The position numbers were made by a program, and so were the translations under genes. Positions 62,551 through 64,000 of a DNA stretch of 64,000 bases are shown here, piece by piece. Under the pieces are notes generated by a model, which saw only the letters and a list, made by a program, of their open reading frames with translations, made no database searches and was not told the origin of the DNA. The stretch lies in the NCBI GenBank assembly GCA_051362555.1, contig CM120648.1, forward strand, positions 12,830,587 through 12,894,586, written 5' to 3'. The first letter of the stretch is position 1, and the number at the start of each line of letters is the position of its first letter. This DNA comes from Lingula anatina (lineage: Eukaryota > Animalia > Brachiopoda).

Positions 62551-63771
62551 CTAACGCCTAACAGCGCACACGTTGTAGGGGTATGGCGTAAAAGTGAACG
62601 TGTTGAGGCCTTCCACTCCATCCGGAGGTTTCTCGCCCTCTGGTACCTTGAAGGTAAAATTCTGAAGCAACGTGGTGAAGAAAATGAACGCTTCCATTTC
62701 AGCAAGCCCCTTGCCCAGGCAAACACGGGGTCCTGAAATACATAAATAATTGAATATTGTATAAAATAAAATAACAATTAATTTAATTACAGTGGTGTTT
62801 AGTTCTTTAGTGTACATCTTCTTTGTCTAGGTTGTGTTTGGTGTCCCCCATCAAATTCCAACTACGGACTTACTACAATAAGTTATTTGACAGAAGTTGG
62901 CAGTCTAGAAGCCATGGTGTTCGTTATAGAGTCGGTTGAGGTATGATGTATATATAGACCCCATTCCCATAGATATTTAGATCGATCTATCCCCCTGGGG
63001 AGTCTCGCTAGATTGGTGTCAGCTTAACGGGCTTAAATGTCTGTCCCGACTACTAAAAGCTGTAAGGGAGTATTAACTATGGTTCGCGCTCGGCTGACAG
63101 CAATTTGGCGTGAACCCCCACGGAGTTATGTCGATCCAGATGGATCGATCTAAATCTCTGGGAATGCAGTCATAGACAATATGTAAAAGACAGTTACATT
63201 GTATTTCAACAACATGTTGATGTATAAGCGCAATTTTCATTATCATCATATTATTATTTATGAACTTTATAAATTCTAATGGATTTAAGAATAGAACCAA
63301 TTTTCTGCAGCATACCCATAGAAAACGGTATCAGTTTGTCCGACTTGACCACTTTACCGTCGCCATCCAGCCATCTTTCTGGTTTGAACTTGTAAGGATC
63401 TTCGAAGTTATTCTTATCGTGGAGAACCCGGTACAAATCTCCCACTATTACCGTTCCCTTGGGAATGGTGTATCCTGCCAAGTTGGTTGTTTCACTGGTG
63501 GCATGGGGCGCACCCAGCGGAGCTGTTGACATGGAGGAAAACAGCTATCATTTATCAAGCTGGGATAATTGACAGATGGGCAGTGGGGGGAGGGGGGTTG
63601 GCAGCGTGAGAGGGATATATATTAATTATATCAATTTCCATTGTCCTGAGTGTTCTTAAAACGAGTGTCTGCATACTAAAGTACGTATATCATGTGACTG
63701 GAAAACCACTATCAAAAACGTGACAGGAAATAGGACAAACTCGCGTCCTCTTTGTTGAATTTCCATTTTAA

Positions 63772-63822
<51 letters not shown>

Positions 63823-64000
63823 CCTAAGATCTAATAAACCAACTGGTATATTTGATCTTAGATATACTTGGCTGTTGTTATTTGAAATGAATCATTTGTT
63901 GGTAGTTATTTCCGAACTTTAAGGTTATAATACGATTTTTAACTAAAATTAAGACTAAAATTTACTGACCAACGGTGGACAAACGAAAGACCTCCAGTAC
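62551..64000 (-). CDS. Cytochrome P450, clan 2 (CYP2-like), gene 7; partial (3' exons only, continues beyond the window)
   Basis: End of exon 6 at 64000-63970, exon 7 at 63522-63316 (207 nt), exon 8 at 62732-62551 (182 nt). Motifs EVFR, KPERW, PFSMGPRVCLG. Confidence 0.88.
62957..63171. mobile_element. PIF/Harbinger-type MITE (same family as 18073-18287), in gene 7 intron 7
   Basis: Full-length similarity to 18073-18287, with TIRs ATTCCCATAGAT...ATCTCTGGGAAT. Confidence 0.75.
63775..63821. repeat. (AT)n microsatellite
   Basis: Direct reading. Confidence 0.95.

Overview
AT-rich eukaryotic (animal, invertebrate-like) genomic DNA. It is almost entirely a tandem array of clan-2 (CYP2-like) cytochrome P450 genes: six complete 8-exon genes and the 3' end of a seventh. 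I built the gene models by hand from splice sites. All complete copies have the same exon lengths (385/232/106/157/137/97/207/182 nt = 1503 nt, 500 aa) and carry the PPGP, WxxxR, AGx(D/E)TT, ExxR and FxxGxRxCxG motifs. Genes 1-4 are on the + strand and genes 5-7 on the - strand, converging across ~34.5-38.5 kb. Introns and spacers hold many DNA-transposon relics (Tc1, pogo-like, hAT, Academ-like, Harbinger/Kolobok-type MITEs, Helentron-type elements) and microsatellites. The most notable signals are: (i) near-identical scaffold exons beside hypervariable substrate-recognition sites; (ii) gene 4 is a four-way mosaic whose promoter matches an oppositely oriented paralog; (iii) a Tc1 end fragment in the gene 4 and gene 5 promoters whose only strongly altered segment creates an AGGTCA nuclear-receptor half-site; (iv) a 1.65-kb fold-back element built from two Tc1 3' halves; (v) a GC-AG intron private to gene 3; (vi) an orphan last-exon fragment; (vii) a Penelope-type minimal hammerhead-ribozyme motif. 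No prokaryotic-type systems (CRISPR, operons) are present. Species and CYP family could not be assigned without database searches.
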